Source of the DNA: an uncultured bacterium
Lineage (GTDB): Bacteria > Omnitrophota > Omnitrophia > Omnitrophales > Aquincolibacteriaceae
Assembly (NCBI GenBank): GCA_964482725.1
Contig: CAYZYT010000001.1
Location: 270,912 to 334,911, forward strand
Direction: 5' to 3'
Length of the DNA stretch: 64,000 nt
The notes below the pieces were generated by a model. The model was not told the DNA's origin and made no database searches. It saw only the letters and a list, made by a program, of their open reading frames with translations. Of this stretch, positions 48,901-56,287 are shown one piece after another; the stretch's first letter is position 1; each line of letters opens with the position of its first letter. The translations under genes were made by a program, and so were the position numbers.

Positions 48901-50707
48901 AAGGCCCATATCCGGAAATTGACAAATCCTTACCCTCTATGGAAATATTGTCTTGAAGATCCAACTCCGCGCCGTAGGCAACCTCAACATCTCCCCCGAT
49001 CCCCAAGGCGCCGTCGCTCGTGGCAACAAGAATGCCTTCATTAATATAAGTCGCGCCGGTGTAGGTATTGTCGCCAGTGAGCGTCAGAGTCCCTTCGCCG
49101 GATTTGGTCAGGCCGATGTCGTCACCGTTATCTTGAATCACCGATCCAATCGTCAGATCGTTGTCTGTGTTGTTCTGGATGATCACCAGGTCTGCACCGC
49201 TGGCTCCTTGAAGATAGCCGCCGGTGATGGTGGAAAGATTATCGCCGACATTGCCGGTAACGAGAATGCCGCCGGAGGAAATGATATTTTCCCCAGTCAA
49301 AGTGAGCGTGTATTCGCCCTCATCGTTGAAGCGCAGGCTGTTAGGCGTGATCTCCCCCTCCGGAGTCTGTGTGCTGTCCACGCTAATGTCTGCACCGTCA
49401 TAGCTGGCCGCATCATCTTCAACGTCTGAGGTGTAGGTATAGTCTCCGGAATCAAGCGCAGTAATTTGCCCGACATCGGCACCGTCTCCCGCGCTAATCG
49501 CCCAGTCCGTCCCACCAACCGTCGCCCAACCGCCCAAAATGGTATTCGCCGTGTTGGCCGTCATAGTCGTAATACCGTTGACAACGGGATCATTCACCAC
49601 GATTGGAAGTGTAAAATCGACCGTGCCGCCGGCATCGCGGCTGATCTCTCCGAGATTCAGTAAAAGATCATTTGCGCCTACACTGTTATCAAGCGTGATC
49701 GCGGAAGCACCGCTATTGATTGTTATTCCATTGTCAAAGGTCTGGATGTTCGCGTCCGAACCGCCTGTGAGCAGCAGTGTCCCACCGTTGAGCTCCAAAT
49801 CCGTACCACTGTCGAGAATGTCATCCTGAACATTGTCCGCCGAAAAATCGAGATTCAGCGTCCCTCTATTGAGCGTCACGGTGTTGGCATCAACCTCATC
49901 TTGAAAAGTTACGGTCGTTCCGCCGCCGCCGTTCACGTTAATGGTCCCAAACTTGTCACCATCCAAACCGATAGCACCTGTGACAGTGGCGTCATTCTCA
50001 AATATTAAAGTTCCGGTATTATCATCGTTATAGGTGTCGACCGTTCCAAGAATGGCTGTGCCGCCGATCCGGATCTCGCCATCGCCCTCAAAATTTAAGG
50101 CATCAGCATAAATGTCCCCGTCGAAAATCACCGTCCCGGCGTTAATGTTCATTTCTGAAAGAGATTGCCCTTCGGCCCACATATCACCAGTAAATGTGGC
50201 AGAGCCCAAAAAATTAAGCGTTCCGGCAGAGCTATCACCGCCAATCAACAGATCCGTAACAAAAGAGTGCCCATCTGCAAGATTCAGTACATTGGCCGCG
50301 CCATCGCCTGTGAATTGCATACGGGAACCCGAAGTAAAATCAATATCTCCATCGATCGTCACGGTAGCAACGCCTGAAGTGCCAAGATCGATGCGATAAC
50401 CCGAGCTATCATCGGTCAAATCTCCGGTAAATGTGTTGGTTCCGGCAAATACCAGGATCCCGTTCTCCCCCGTCAGTGTCGCCGTGCCAATGTTAGGATT
50501 TGTAGCATCCTCCACATCCATCCAGCCGCTTATGCTTGTTGCATTATCTGCGCCCGTTAAGGGCCCAGATGGAACAGGCGACCACGATCCAGCCGTCCCC
50601 CACTCACCACCTGTTGATGTATAGTCTGCCGCAAACGCGGGCGTCACAGGTGAGAAAACGAGGGAAAGGATCGCAACGATGGACAGGAGTTTTTTCATGG
50701 GAATCAT
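42962..50707 (-). CDS. Giant type V autotransporter (about 2580 aa), probable adhesin
   Basis: Signal peptide AFA, repeated LTKSGxGxLTLxGxNTYTGAT beta-strand repeats, GxWATVxGTDWA x3, C-terminal barrel ending YDF. Confidence 0.92.
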   Translation of the reverse strand: MIPMKKLLSIVAILSLVFSPVTPAFAADYTSTGGEWGTAGSWSPVPSGPLTGADNATSISGWMDVEDATNPNIGTATLTGENGILVFAGTNTFTGDLTDDSSGYRIDLGTSGVATVTIDGDIDFTSGSRMQFTGDGAANVLNLADGHSFVTDLLIGGDSSAGTLNFLGSATFTGDMWAEGQSLSEMNINAGTVIFDGDIYADALNFEGDGEIRIGGTAILGTVDTYNDDNTGTLIFENDATVTGAIGLDGDKFGTINVNGGGGTTVTFQDEVDANTVTLNRGTLNLDFSADNVQDDILDSGTDLELNGGTLLLTGGSDANIQTFDNGITINSGASAITLDNSVGANDLLLNLGEISRDAGGTVDFTLPIVVNDPVVNGITTMTANTANTILGGWATVGGTDWAISAGDGADVGQITALDSGDYTYTSDVEDDAASYDGADISVDSTQTPEGEITPNSLRFNDEGEYTLTLTGENIISSGGILVTGNVGDNLSTITGGYLQGASGADLVIIQNNTDNDLTIGSVIQDNGDDIGLTKSGEGTLTLTGDNTYTGATYINEGILVATSDGALGIGGDVEVAYGAELDLQDNISIEGKDLSISGYGPSVDGAALWSASGDNSWTGNISLDGVDVASWVGADYGSTLRLTGDISGNNSLGVWGSGETLISGNIDIEGEIDQADVGTFTLSGENISFGANSWLEAGTLKLDYSDYETSKLSGSDLWMSGGTLELHNGEYVEAVASVRITGGANNIIQTIDDGGEGTTLRMNGIIRTGGVINFGAENIATTTTENLASGILGAWATVGGTDWAVGSSNGDETNITAYTDYTDIDAYGSVITDGANTNVRINTAAGEAGAPITLGATTDPSDWFTINTLLQNTAAAATVDIASGDEKALDVNGIMIGEGMGSLTLGVEPDDSSLYAATENGEIVLINNSTLGNLTINASIDEWTDPVASSSLVKSGVGEVILNGENSYTGATYINEGTLTITNSNALGETDSVEVADGGILKLDSNGGDDIVIGDVALTLDGPSDLSKGALYSASGDNSWAGDIMLAGNAGIEVDSGSTLTISGGIIGVYNLGKYGEGELTLSGSNEYTGDTRLVAGTLNLDFATAATNVDIISAESSLGLWGGKLLLTGSSSDNNYQDFDGLRLNSGASTIELSNDENSLGLDLGNIERNTGATINFVGTQDDEYNSIMTTRENVNGILGAWATVDGTDWATVDEDGNIVAYTGYTPIGPSDATSNVQITEGGAYILDDLTPINTLNQSAEDAPVTVDFDGYTLQTSGILAGSLSTALTLGDTGSEGGVGTLTAATDGGELILTNFSGSTFTVNSLIEDYDTDSLSCSLTKSGTGEVVFTNENTYSGRTTINAGTLYLTATQDSPLYNFSGDAVLKLANGVDIDGNVTASGQGTLTFEGDGEVTGQVGEEGASLSKIIVTQAADSNYDVKLYSPVYIEELAFEGMGGPGDDSTVTFKDAAVVYIGEGGITTDWAGHGIVAFKRDATIDGQVGAADAYLGRIRADRQTTFNSDVYVDELKFSSTREDAEATFNADAYIGESGITTEYDGYGIVNFNGNATVTGELIEDAYQDAIGTSDAALSEVNIDGAKGTTVTINGNLWANDVYVGAGILQMNGDLTTTSEETLTFTDDGEVILEDGHTITSNITSQNDNEGTLTFEGYGTVDGQIGNGTDALKLIDLQGGSLTTVAITGDVYATDMYVGAGTLELNGSFYEPGTPNSTLIFTDDGEVILGDNEWIYHPIKTQHDGQGTLTFSGDGVVTKQIGEAADGDISGKYLKAINVTEGGHTVHLGNDIDTVDAPVYDVYVDSLNFTGSGASTSVVFYGDASIGDGGITITSEGADLGKVVFKESATVEGQVGSSDAYLSTVSVHKDTTFNADVYLDYLRLKSSPHGAEERTNPEVTFNDNATIGKAEAPSEESNGIKTDWNIYGSVTFNANATVNGDIGTDSEVLKLVYFNGEDAAVNGDIYAYDAVVGTGTLQMNGDLTATDALYFNGDGFVKMAGGYNITANVSMLTDGTGTLIFEGATILTGDVGGSSGAPKAVNLTGNSDATITGDLHTYNVTVGENTLNVGEEFNLKGGTLGLTIYGASADQNGLVIEGDKTTLEAGSKVHVTVNSGLSIMPGTEFTVIDASSFGVGNIVPTTTSSTRRYKFAASEDSGDLVLTSSNDFAPAPGASGNAAAVAGVLAGITNPGFDMNNVLDMLGGLSDSEYNEALDTMHPDVSSGAAEGSRSLTSQGFTTIGNRLGGARNGGGSGSGVSSGERLDGVGVWMQALGSHIKQDARKGIEGYMGNLFGTTVGADKVLDDHFRAGFAGSFGWARVKSKTAGSPSDDINSYQATIYGSFDSLDLNKARQSGKRSYEAVRSQVENSWYVDGMAAFTQNDYESRREIWVTPTSGRVAKADHAGQQYSTNFETGYKFVFEKTKALEVTPFVSLGYNYLYMNKYKEKGADSLNLTVNGEGFHQLEQGLGTKLAYPLVAKKVGTFIPSAKAAWLYDYIGDRFETTASFAGGGSSFNTQGAKPAKSGMLFGAELAFLNKGNMTMTGNWDIELKDQYMSNTYYGTVRYDF

Positions 50708-50789
50708 GTGGGGGAAATCTCCGTTTTGTTTTGAGAGAGAAAGGCTTGCGACTTTTTTCAAAATTGGGGTTGACCCCTATTTTTTCACT

Positions 50790-50851
50790 GTCATCCCCGC
50801 GAAGGCGGGGATCCATGCTCCGGATTCCCGATAGAAGCATTCGGGAATGAC
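50790..50851. repeat. GTCATCCCCGCGAAGGCGGGGATCC...GGGAATGAC REP-like palindrome in the autotransporter leader
   Basis: Same family as the copies at 16812 and 31121. Confidence 0.8.
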
Positions 50852-50932
50852 ATGCGACGGAAAGAATCGATATGGATAAAACCAATCAGCCCAAAGACTT
50901 ACGGCATAAAACTTACAACCTTGATGGGGCGA

Positions 50933-50961
50933 ATTCTACCTTCACGGCTGGAAAGGCGCAA
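50933..50961 (-). promoter_or_regulatory. Putative sigma70 promoter of the autotransporter
   Basis: Minus strand TTGCGC-N17-TAGAAT. Confidence 0.6.
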
Positions 50962-50963
50962 CC

Positions 50964-51029
50964 TTTTTTCCTTCTTTTTTCCTTCTTTTTTCCTTCTTTT
51001 TTCCTTCTTTTTTCCTGCTTTTTTCCTGC
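50964..51029. repeat. 11-bp tandem repeat x6 (TTTTTTCCTTC x4, TTTTTTCCTGC x2)
   Basis: Read directly; abuts the -35 box. Confidence 0.92.
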
Positions 51030-51228
51030 TGCCCCCAAAAGATATCCCGAGCCTTTTTTCCCCAAGATTCGGCCCGAACTCGACCGCCGGTCAAGGATGG
51101 ACGCGATGCCTGGGATCGATCCTGAACTTCATGATGTCTTACGCTTATAAAGGAAGCTCGGTCCAGGAGAACCCCCTCGGGGCGACCGGTCGGGAGAACG
51201 CCGGCGATATGGTATAATCCCGCTCGAG

Positions 51229-51504
51229 GTGACTCCTATGAAAAAACTTGTGGCAGTTTCAATGTTTGGAATGTTGTTCCTTTCGCTCGCGCTTCCCCTT
51301 TCGGGGGCGGCAGAGGACGACGCAACGGGAACGGGGATGAGCGGGACTTCGCAGGAATTGGCGGATCTTCAGAAAACGATGAGAAGTGAACGCATGGATA
51401 ATCTTGAGCAGAGCGTCGCCGAGATGAAACAAGCGATCAGTTCCCTCTCCGATCGTGTCCAGGATCTGGAACGGACCGTGGATGATTTCAACGGCCGGCA
51501 GTAA
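51229..51504 (+). CDS. Small secreted coiled-coil protein
   Basis: Signal peptide; heptad tail LEQSVAEMKQAISSLSDRVQDLER; TATAAT just upstream. Confidence 0.7.
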   Translation: MTPMKKLVAVSMFGMLFLSLALPLSGAAEDDATGTGMSGTSQELADLQKTMRSERMDNLEQSVAEMKQAISSLSDRVQDLERTVDDFNGRQ

Positions 51505-51540
51505 GCACTGTTAAGAACGCTTTCCCTCCCGCTATCAGGG
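51406..51540 (+). repeat. 135-bp direct repeat, left copy
   Basis: 130/135 identical to 53668-53802. Confidence 0.92.
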
Positions 51541-51685
51541 ACAGGTCTGCTTCGCAGTCTTAGACCTGTCCCTAATTCCCTCCAAAACCCACAGGGACTG
51601 GTCTGCTTCGCACTCCTAGACCTGTCCCTTATTCCTTCCAAAACCCACAGGGACTGGTCTGCTTCGCAGTCTTAGACCTGTCCCT
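51537..51685. repeat. Tandem array of three 37-bp palindromes (56-bp period)
   Basis: AGGGACWGGTCTGCTTCGCA..YTAGACCTGTCCCT with near-identical 19-bp linkers. Confidence 0.88.
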
Positions 51686-51758
51686 GTGTTAACGAGACGC
51701 CGTCCGCGACTCGCAATTCATAGTGTCCGTTTTTCAATAGGGCTGATGTGTGTTTTAC

Positions 51759-51787
51759 TTGATTTATGTGTATCCACGTATTATACT
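51759..51787 (+). promoter_or_regulatory. Putative TA-operon promoter with palindromic operator
   Basis: TTGATT-N17-TATACT; the spacer contains TATGTG-N4-CACGTA. Confidence 0.55.
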
Positions 51788-51810
51788 CATAGTAAGAAAA
51801 GGAGGCTATT

Positions 51811-52029
51811 ATGCCAAACATGACGCTCTCGATACCGGCAGAATTGAAGATGAAAATGGACCGCTTTAAGGAGATCAACTGGTCCGAAGTCGCGAGGCAG
51901 GCTATTTTTCAAAAGACCCTGCTCATGGACAAGATGAACCAGATGATGTCCTCCAGCAAGATCAGCGAGCCGGAAACCCTGTACGCGGCCCGTAAGATCA
52001 GCCGCAAAGTCTCCCAAAGACACAAGTAG
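51811..52029 (+). CDS. Ribbon-helix-helix antitoxin (VapB-like)
   Basis: MPNMTLSIPAEL...EINWSEVARQAI; AGGAGG RBS; precedes the PIN gene. Confidence 0.8.
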   Translation: MPNMTLSIPAELKMKMDRFKEINWSEVARQAIFQKTLLMDKMNQMMSSSKISEPETLYAARKISRKVSQRHK

Positions 52030-52036
52030 CACCCCT

Positions 52037-52288
52037 ATGGAACTGGTCGTCGACGCGAACGTCCTTCTCGCGGGCTTCATGAAAGCGGCTGTAACGCGGG
52101 AACTTCTTCTGGACAATCGCTTGAAATTGCACGCTCCGGAGCACTTGATCTATGAAACCCGGAAACACCTTTTGAGCAGCTCCCGGCTTCGAAAGCGTAT
52201 CAGCCTGTTGCCCAAGCAGATCGAGGAGATATGGTTCATCCTCACGCAAAACATCGAATCCCACGCGCCCGCAAGCCTCAATAATTGA
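52037..52288 (+). pseudogene. Truncated PIN-domain (VapC-like) toxin
   Basis: LVVDANVL N-terminus and conserved Glu, but only 83 aa; C-terminal catalytic Asp motifs absent. Confidence 0.72.
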
Positions 52289-52341
52289 TTATTGGTAAAC
52301 ATATGATTGATTTATAATAAATGTTGTGATAGCGTATCCTC

Positions 52342-53358
52342 ATGAAGAACATGCTAAAAAAAAGAGGGCTTTATTCACGCGTCAGAAAGATCCTGGCGCA
52401 GGCGCGCTTAAGGGTGGCTCGTGCGATCAATACCGAGATGGTCCGGGCCTATTGGATGATCGGACGCGAGATCGTCGAAGAGGAACAAAAGGGAGAAGCG
52501 CGCGCCGGATACGGGCAAAAAATCCTGGAAACTCTTTCCGGACGTCTGGCGAATGGGTTTGGCGAGGGAGTTGATGCCAGCAATTTGTGGAATATGCGTA
52601 AGTTTTATCAAACCTATCCAATTCTCGACGCAGTGCGTCTAGAATTGAGCTGGACCCACTATCGTATCTTGATACGGGTTGACTCCCCCCAAGCGCGATC
52701 GTTCTATGAGATCGAATGCATCAAAAGCAACTGGTCGGCCCGGGAACTTGAACGTCAGAAAGGCTCGCTCCTTTTTGAACGGCTTGCCTTATGCAAAGAC
52801 AAAAGAGGGTTGATGAAATTAGCCCGAAGAGGACAGAAGCTTCAAACCTATAAAGACATGATCAAGGACCCGTATGTTCTGGAATTTACGGGCCTACCCT
52901 CTCGCTCCAAACTCTATGAAAGCCACCTGGAGCAGGCGCTTATTGAAAATCTCTCGAAATTTCTGTTGGAATTGGGGAAGGGGTTCACCTTCGTTGCGCG
53001 TCAAAAACGCATTACCCTGGAGGGCGATCATTTTTATATTGACCTGGTGTTCTACAACACGATCCTGAAATGCTTTGTGCTCATTGACCTAAAGATCGGC
53101 AAGCTCGCGCATCAAGACATCGGGCAGATGCAGATGTATGTGAACTATTACGACCGGAAATTAAAGGGATTGGATGATAACCCCTCGGTCGGTCTGATCC
53201 TTTGTGAGGATAAAAAGGAAGCGGTCGTGAGATACACTTTGCCGCATGGGGAAAAGCGGATCTTTGCTTCCAGATATAAGCTTCATTTGCCTACGGAAAA
53301 AGAGTTAAAGCAAGAACTGGCGCGGGAAAGACCGTTGCTGATCGCCTCTCAGGCATAA
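52342..53358 (+). CDS. YhcG/DUF1016 PD-(D/E)XK nuclease family protein
   Basis: AINTEMVRAYWMIG, LSWTHY, WSARELERQ, KDPYVLEF, IDLVFY, IDLK, GQMQMY. Confidence 0.92.
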   Translation: MKNMLKKRGLYSRVRKILAQARLRVARAINTEMVRAYWMIGREIVEEEQKGEARAGYGQKILETLSGRLANGFGEGVDASNLWNMRKFYQTYPILDAVRLELSWTHYRILIRVDSPQARSFYEIECIKSNWSARELERQKGSLLFERLALCKDKRGLMKLARRGQKLQTYKDMIKDPYVLEFTGLPSRSKLYESHLEQALIENLSKFLLELGKGFTFVARQKRITLEGDHFYIDLVFYNTILKCFVLIDLKIGKLAHQDIGQMQMYVNYYDRKLKGLDDNPSVGLILCEDKKEAVVRYTLPHGEKRIFASRYKLHLPTEKELKQELARERPLLIASQA

Positions 53359-53548
53359 AACAACATATCCAAAAACTCGCACCGCTGGTGCGAGAAATAG
53401 GCTGAACTAAGCATTCCATGTCGCCACTTACCGGATCACTTCCCGTCTTCCCCACGAACTAAAAAAAGAGCTGCCGGGGCCGGAGCAGATCGCCTATCTT
53501 CTCGAAAAGATCTGACCGCCGTTCCGACGAAACCCATAGGTGTTGGAA

Positions 53549-53670
53549 CGGAGGATTTCATGCTGCAACTTACGCCCGGAGAAGCCCGCTCTTTAAGGTC
53601 GCAAATTGCGCCCTTAAAGAAACGAGCTCGCGGAGGACATCGAAAATACCTTCCCTACGCCTTTACGGAG
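53549..53670 (+). pseudogene. ORF6N-domain fragment fused to the duplicated gene tail
   Basis: EDFMLQLT..E...LRSQI...GG.RKYLPYAFTEQ. Confidence 0.75.
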
Positions 53671-53802
53671 CAGAGCGTCGCCGAGATGAAACAAGCGATC
53701 AGTTCCCTCTCCGATCGTGTCCAGGATCTGGAACGGACCGTGGATGATTTTAATGGCCGGCAGTAAGCGCTGTTAAGGACGCTTCCCCTCCCGCTATCAG
53801 GG
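53668..53802 (+). repeat. 135-bp direct repeat, right copy
   Basis: Offset of 2262 bp from the left copy. Confidence 0.92.
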
Positions 53803-53906
53803 GCAGTCACCGGCGTGACAACAGGGACAGGTCTGCTTCGCATGCCTAGACCTGTCCCTGAAAAAAAGAATCCAAAAAAAAGTAACTGTCACCAACAATG
53901 CGGGGA

Positions 53907-55505
53907 CTACGACTTCGGGGAATCCAGCAAAACGATGTGCGGATTTTTTTCCTGGAAATTCCTGAGGAGCCACTCACTGAGGAAAAGAAGGACCCGCCGT
54001 CCCTGTTCATCGCGGGCCAAGGCCGCGCCATAAGAAAGCACATCGCCAAGGTCGGTGTCCGTAAGCGCGCACTCGGCCCATCTCAGGATCTTCCACGGCA
54101 ACATTTCAAGCTGCGACTCCGCGCCGTATTCTTCCTTGAGCCGGTACTGCAGCACTTCATATTGAAGAGGGCCGACGGCTCCCAGGAGCGCCGTGTTCGG
54201 ATTGGCCGGCTTGATCCAGCTGAAGACCTGAACGATATCCTCGGCAAGCAAATGCTCCAAACCTTTCCGGAAGGGTTTGTACTTTCCCGGCGAGGGATTA
54301 TGGATCGAGGCGAAACATTCCGGCGCGAAGCGCGGGATACTGTTAAACACGACGGAGGGGTCTTCGCTCACGGTATCCCCGACGCGAAAATCCGATTTCA
54401 CAGCAAATCCAACAATGTCCCCCGGATAGGCCTCATTCACGGTCTCGCGGCTTTGCCCCAAAAGCGTGTGCGAGCCCGCGATCCTGATCTTTTTTCCGGT
54501 CCTCGTGTGATAAGCGTCCATATCCCGCGTGAATTTTCCGGAACAAATGCGCAAAAAAGCGATCCGGTCACGGTGGAGCGGGTTCATGTTGGTCTGGATC
54601 TTGAAGATGAACCCGGAAAAATCCTTGGAGGTGACGGGGATCGCCCGCTCCCCGGCTTTTCGGTCCGCCGGCCCCGTGGAGTATTTGACGAACCCGTCGA
54701 GCAGAAGCTGAACGCCGAAGTTATTCGCGGCACTTCCAAAAAAAACAGGCGTTGTTTTTCCTTCGAGCACCGACTCGGGAGAAAATCCGACATGCGCCGT
54801 GTCGAGGAGCTCGAGCTCTTCCGCCGCGGCGGCATACGACTGCTCATCCACGATCGTTTTCACCGCAGGATCCGAAAAACCGTGCATCGACACCGGCGCT
54901 TTGTAGGCCCCGCCGGGAACTTTCTGAAAAAGATGCACTTCCTTTTTAAGGCGGTCATAAACTCCGCGGAATTCCCGGCCGCTCCCCAGAGGCCAGTTCA
55001 CCGGATAGGCATGGATCCCCAGGACGGTTTCCAACTCATCGATCAGCGCGAGAGGCGCGAGGCCCGGACGGTCGAGTTTATTCATGAAGGTAAAGATCGG
55101 GATCCCCCGGTGGCGGCAGATCTCGAAAAGCTTACGGGTCTGGCTCTCGATGCCTTTTCCGGAATCGATCACCATGACCACGGCATCCACGGCCATGAGC
55201 ACCCGGTAGGTATCTTCCGAAAAATCTTTGTGACCTGGCGTATCAAGCAGATTGATCCGCCACGGACCGTAATCAAACTGAAGAAGCGTGGAGCTGATGG
55301 AGATCCCGCGCTTCTTCTCCATTTCCATCCAGTCAGAGGCCGTTTCGCGCTCCTGTTTTCGGGCGGTCACCGAGCCCGCGAGCTGGACCGCTCCGCCGTA
55401 GAGAAGGAACTTTTCCGTGAGGGTGGTTTTCCCGGCGTCCGGATGCGAAATAATCGCGAACGTCCGTCGCCTCAAAATTTCATCGTGGATCAGGCCCGTT
55501 TGCAT
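53907..55505 (-). CDS. prfC: Peptide chain release factor 3
   Basis: RRTFAIISHPDAGKTTLTEK, DTPGHKDFSEDTYR, NKLD, HRDRIAF. Confidence 0.96.
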   Translation of the reverse strand: MQTGLIHDEILRRRTFAIISHPDAGKTTLTEKFLLYGGAVQLAGSVTARKQERETASDWMEMEKKRGISISSTLLQFDYGPWRINLLDTPGHKDFSEDTYRVLMAVDAVVMVIDSGKGIESQTRKLFEICRHRGIPIFTFMNKLDRPGLAPLALIDELETVLGIHAYPVNWPLGSGREFRGVYDRLKKEVHLFQKVPGGAYKAPVSMHGFSDPAVKTIVDEQSYAAAAEELELLDTAHVGFSPESVLEGKTTPVFFGSAANNFGVQLLLDGFVKYSTGPADRKAGERAIPVTSKDFSGFIFKIQTNMNPLHRDRIAFLRICSGKFTRDMDAYHTRTGKKIRIAGSHTLLGQSRETVNEAYPGDIVGFAVKSDFRVGDTVSEDPSVVFNSIPRFAPECFASIHNPSPGKYKPFRKGLEHLLAEDIVQVFSWIKPANPNTALLGAVGPLQYEVLQYRLKEEYGAESQLEMLPWKILRWAECALTDTDLGDVLSYGAALARDEQGRRVLLFLSEWLLRNFQEKNPHIVLLDSPKS

Positions 55506-55509
55506 CGTC

Positions 55510-56286
55510 TTAGAGCATCAACAAACTGATGGCGATCGTGAACATCCCCAGGATCACCCCGAGGATCACCAAGTGTCCGTAGCCATAACGATGCGCCATC
55601 GGCAGGATCTCGTCTAAAGAGATATAAACCATGATGCCGGCAATAAAAGCCGGGAGCGCCGCCATCAAGGCCGGCGTTAAAAAAGGCCCCAAAACCAAGA
55701 ACCCGATCACCGCGCCCAAAGGCTCGATCATCCCGGAAAGGAAAGAATAAAAGAAGGCCTTGTTCCGGTTCCCGGTCGCGTAAAAAAGCGGCACCGACAC
55801 GGTGATCCCCTCGATCACGTTATGGATCGCGATCGCGGAAGCCACGATCACACCGACCTTGAAGTTATTGAGGGTGGACACAAAAGTAACCAACCCTTCG
55901 GGGAAATTATGGATCCCGACCGCCACGGCGATAAAGATCCCCGCCCTTTTGAGGTGATGCGTCTCCGTTTCAACTTCCGTCGACGGCTCTTTAAAATGAT
56001 GCGGATTTTCGACCTCGGGGATCAAGTGGTCGATCAGATAAATGAAGAAGATGCCTGTAAAAAAAGCGGCCACGACCCAGAAACGGCTTGCGGTTTGAAG
56101 CGCAACCGGTAAAAGTTCCATGAACGAAATATAGAGCATCGCCCCGGAGGAAAACCCGAGAAAGAAAGACAGATAACTTGCCTTGGGTTTCCGGATGCAA
56201 TAAGCGATCAAGCTGCCGATGCCGGTGCAGAGACCGGCAAAAGTCGTCAATAAAAATGCCGCCGGGACATGTTCCAAGCTGATCAT
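55510..56286 (-). CDS. zupT: ZIP-family zinc transporter
   Basis: IHNFPEG, IAIHNVIEG, AGIMVYISLDE. Confidence 0.92.
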   Translation of the reverse strand: MISLEHVPAAFLLTTFAGLCTGIGSLIAYCIRKPKASYLSFFLGFSSGAMLYISFMELLPVALQTASRFWVVAAFFTGIFFIYLIDHLIPEVENPHHFKEPSTEVETETHHLKRAGIFIAVAVGIHNFPEGLVTFVSTLNNFKVGVIVASAIAIHNVIEGITVSVPLFYATGNRNKAFFYSFLSGMIEPLGAVIGFLVLGPFLTPALMAALPAFIAGIMVYISLDEILPMAHRYGYGHLVILGVILGMFTIAISLLML

Positions 56287-56287
56287 T

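Noticed and set aside
51537-51685. Possible CRISPR array (37-bp repeats, regular period)
   Set aside because: Linkers are only 19 bp and nearly identical, repeats are dispersed elsewhere, and there are no cas genes; REP-like instead
53898-55529. Long antisense ORFs (also 21033-22217, 38805-39827, 42959-43894)
   Set aside because: Shadows of well-supported genes on the opposite strand, expected with high GC3
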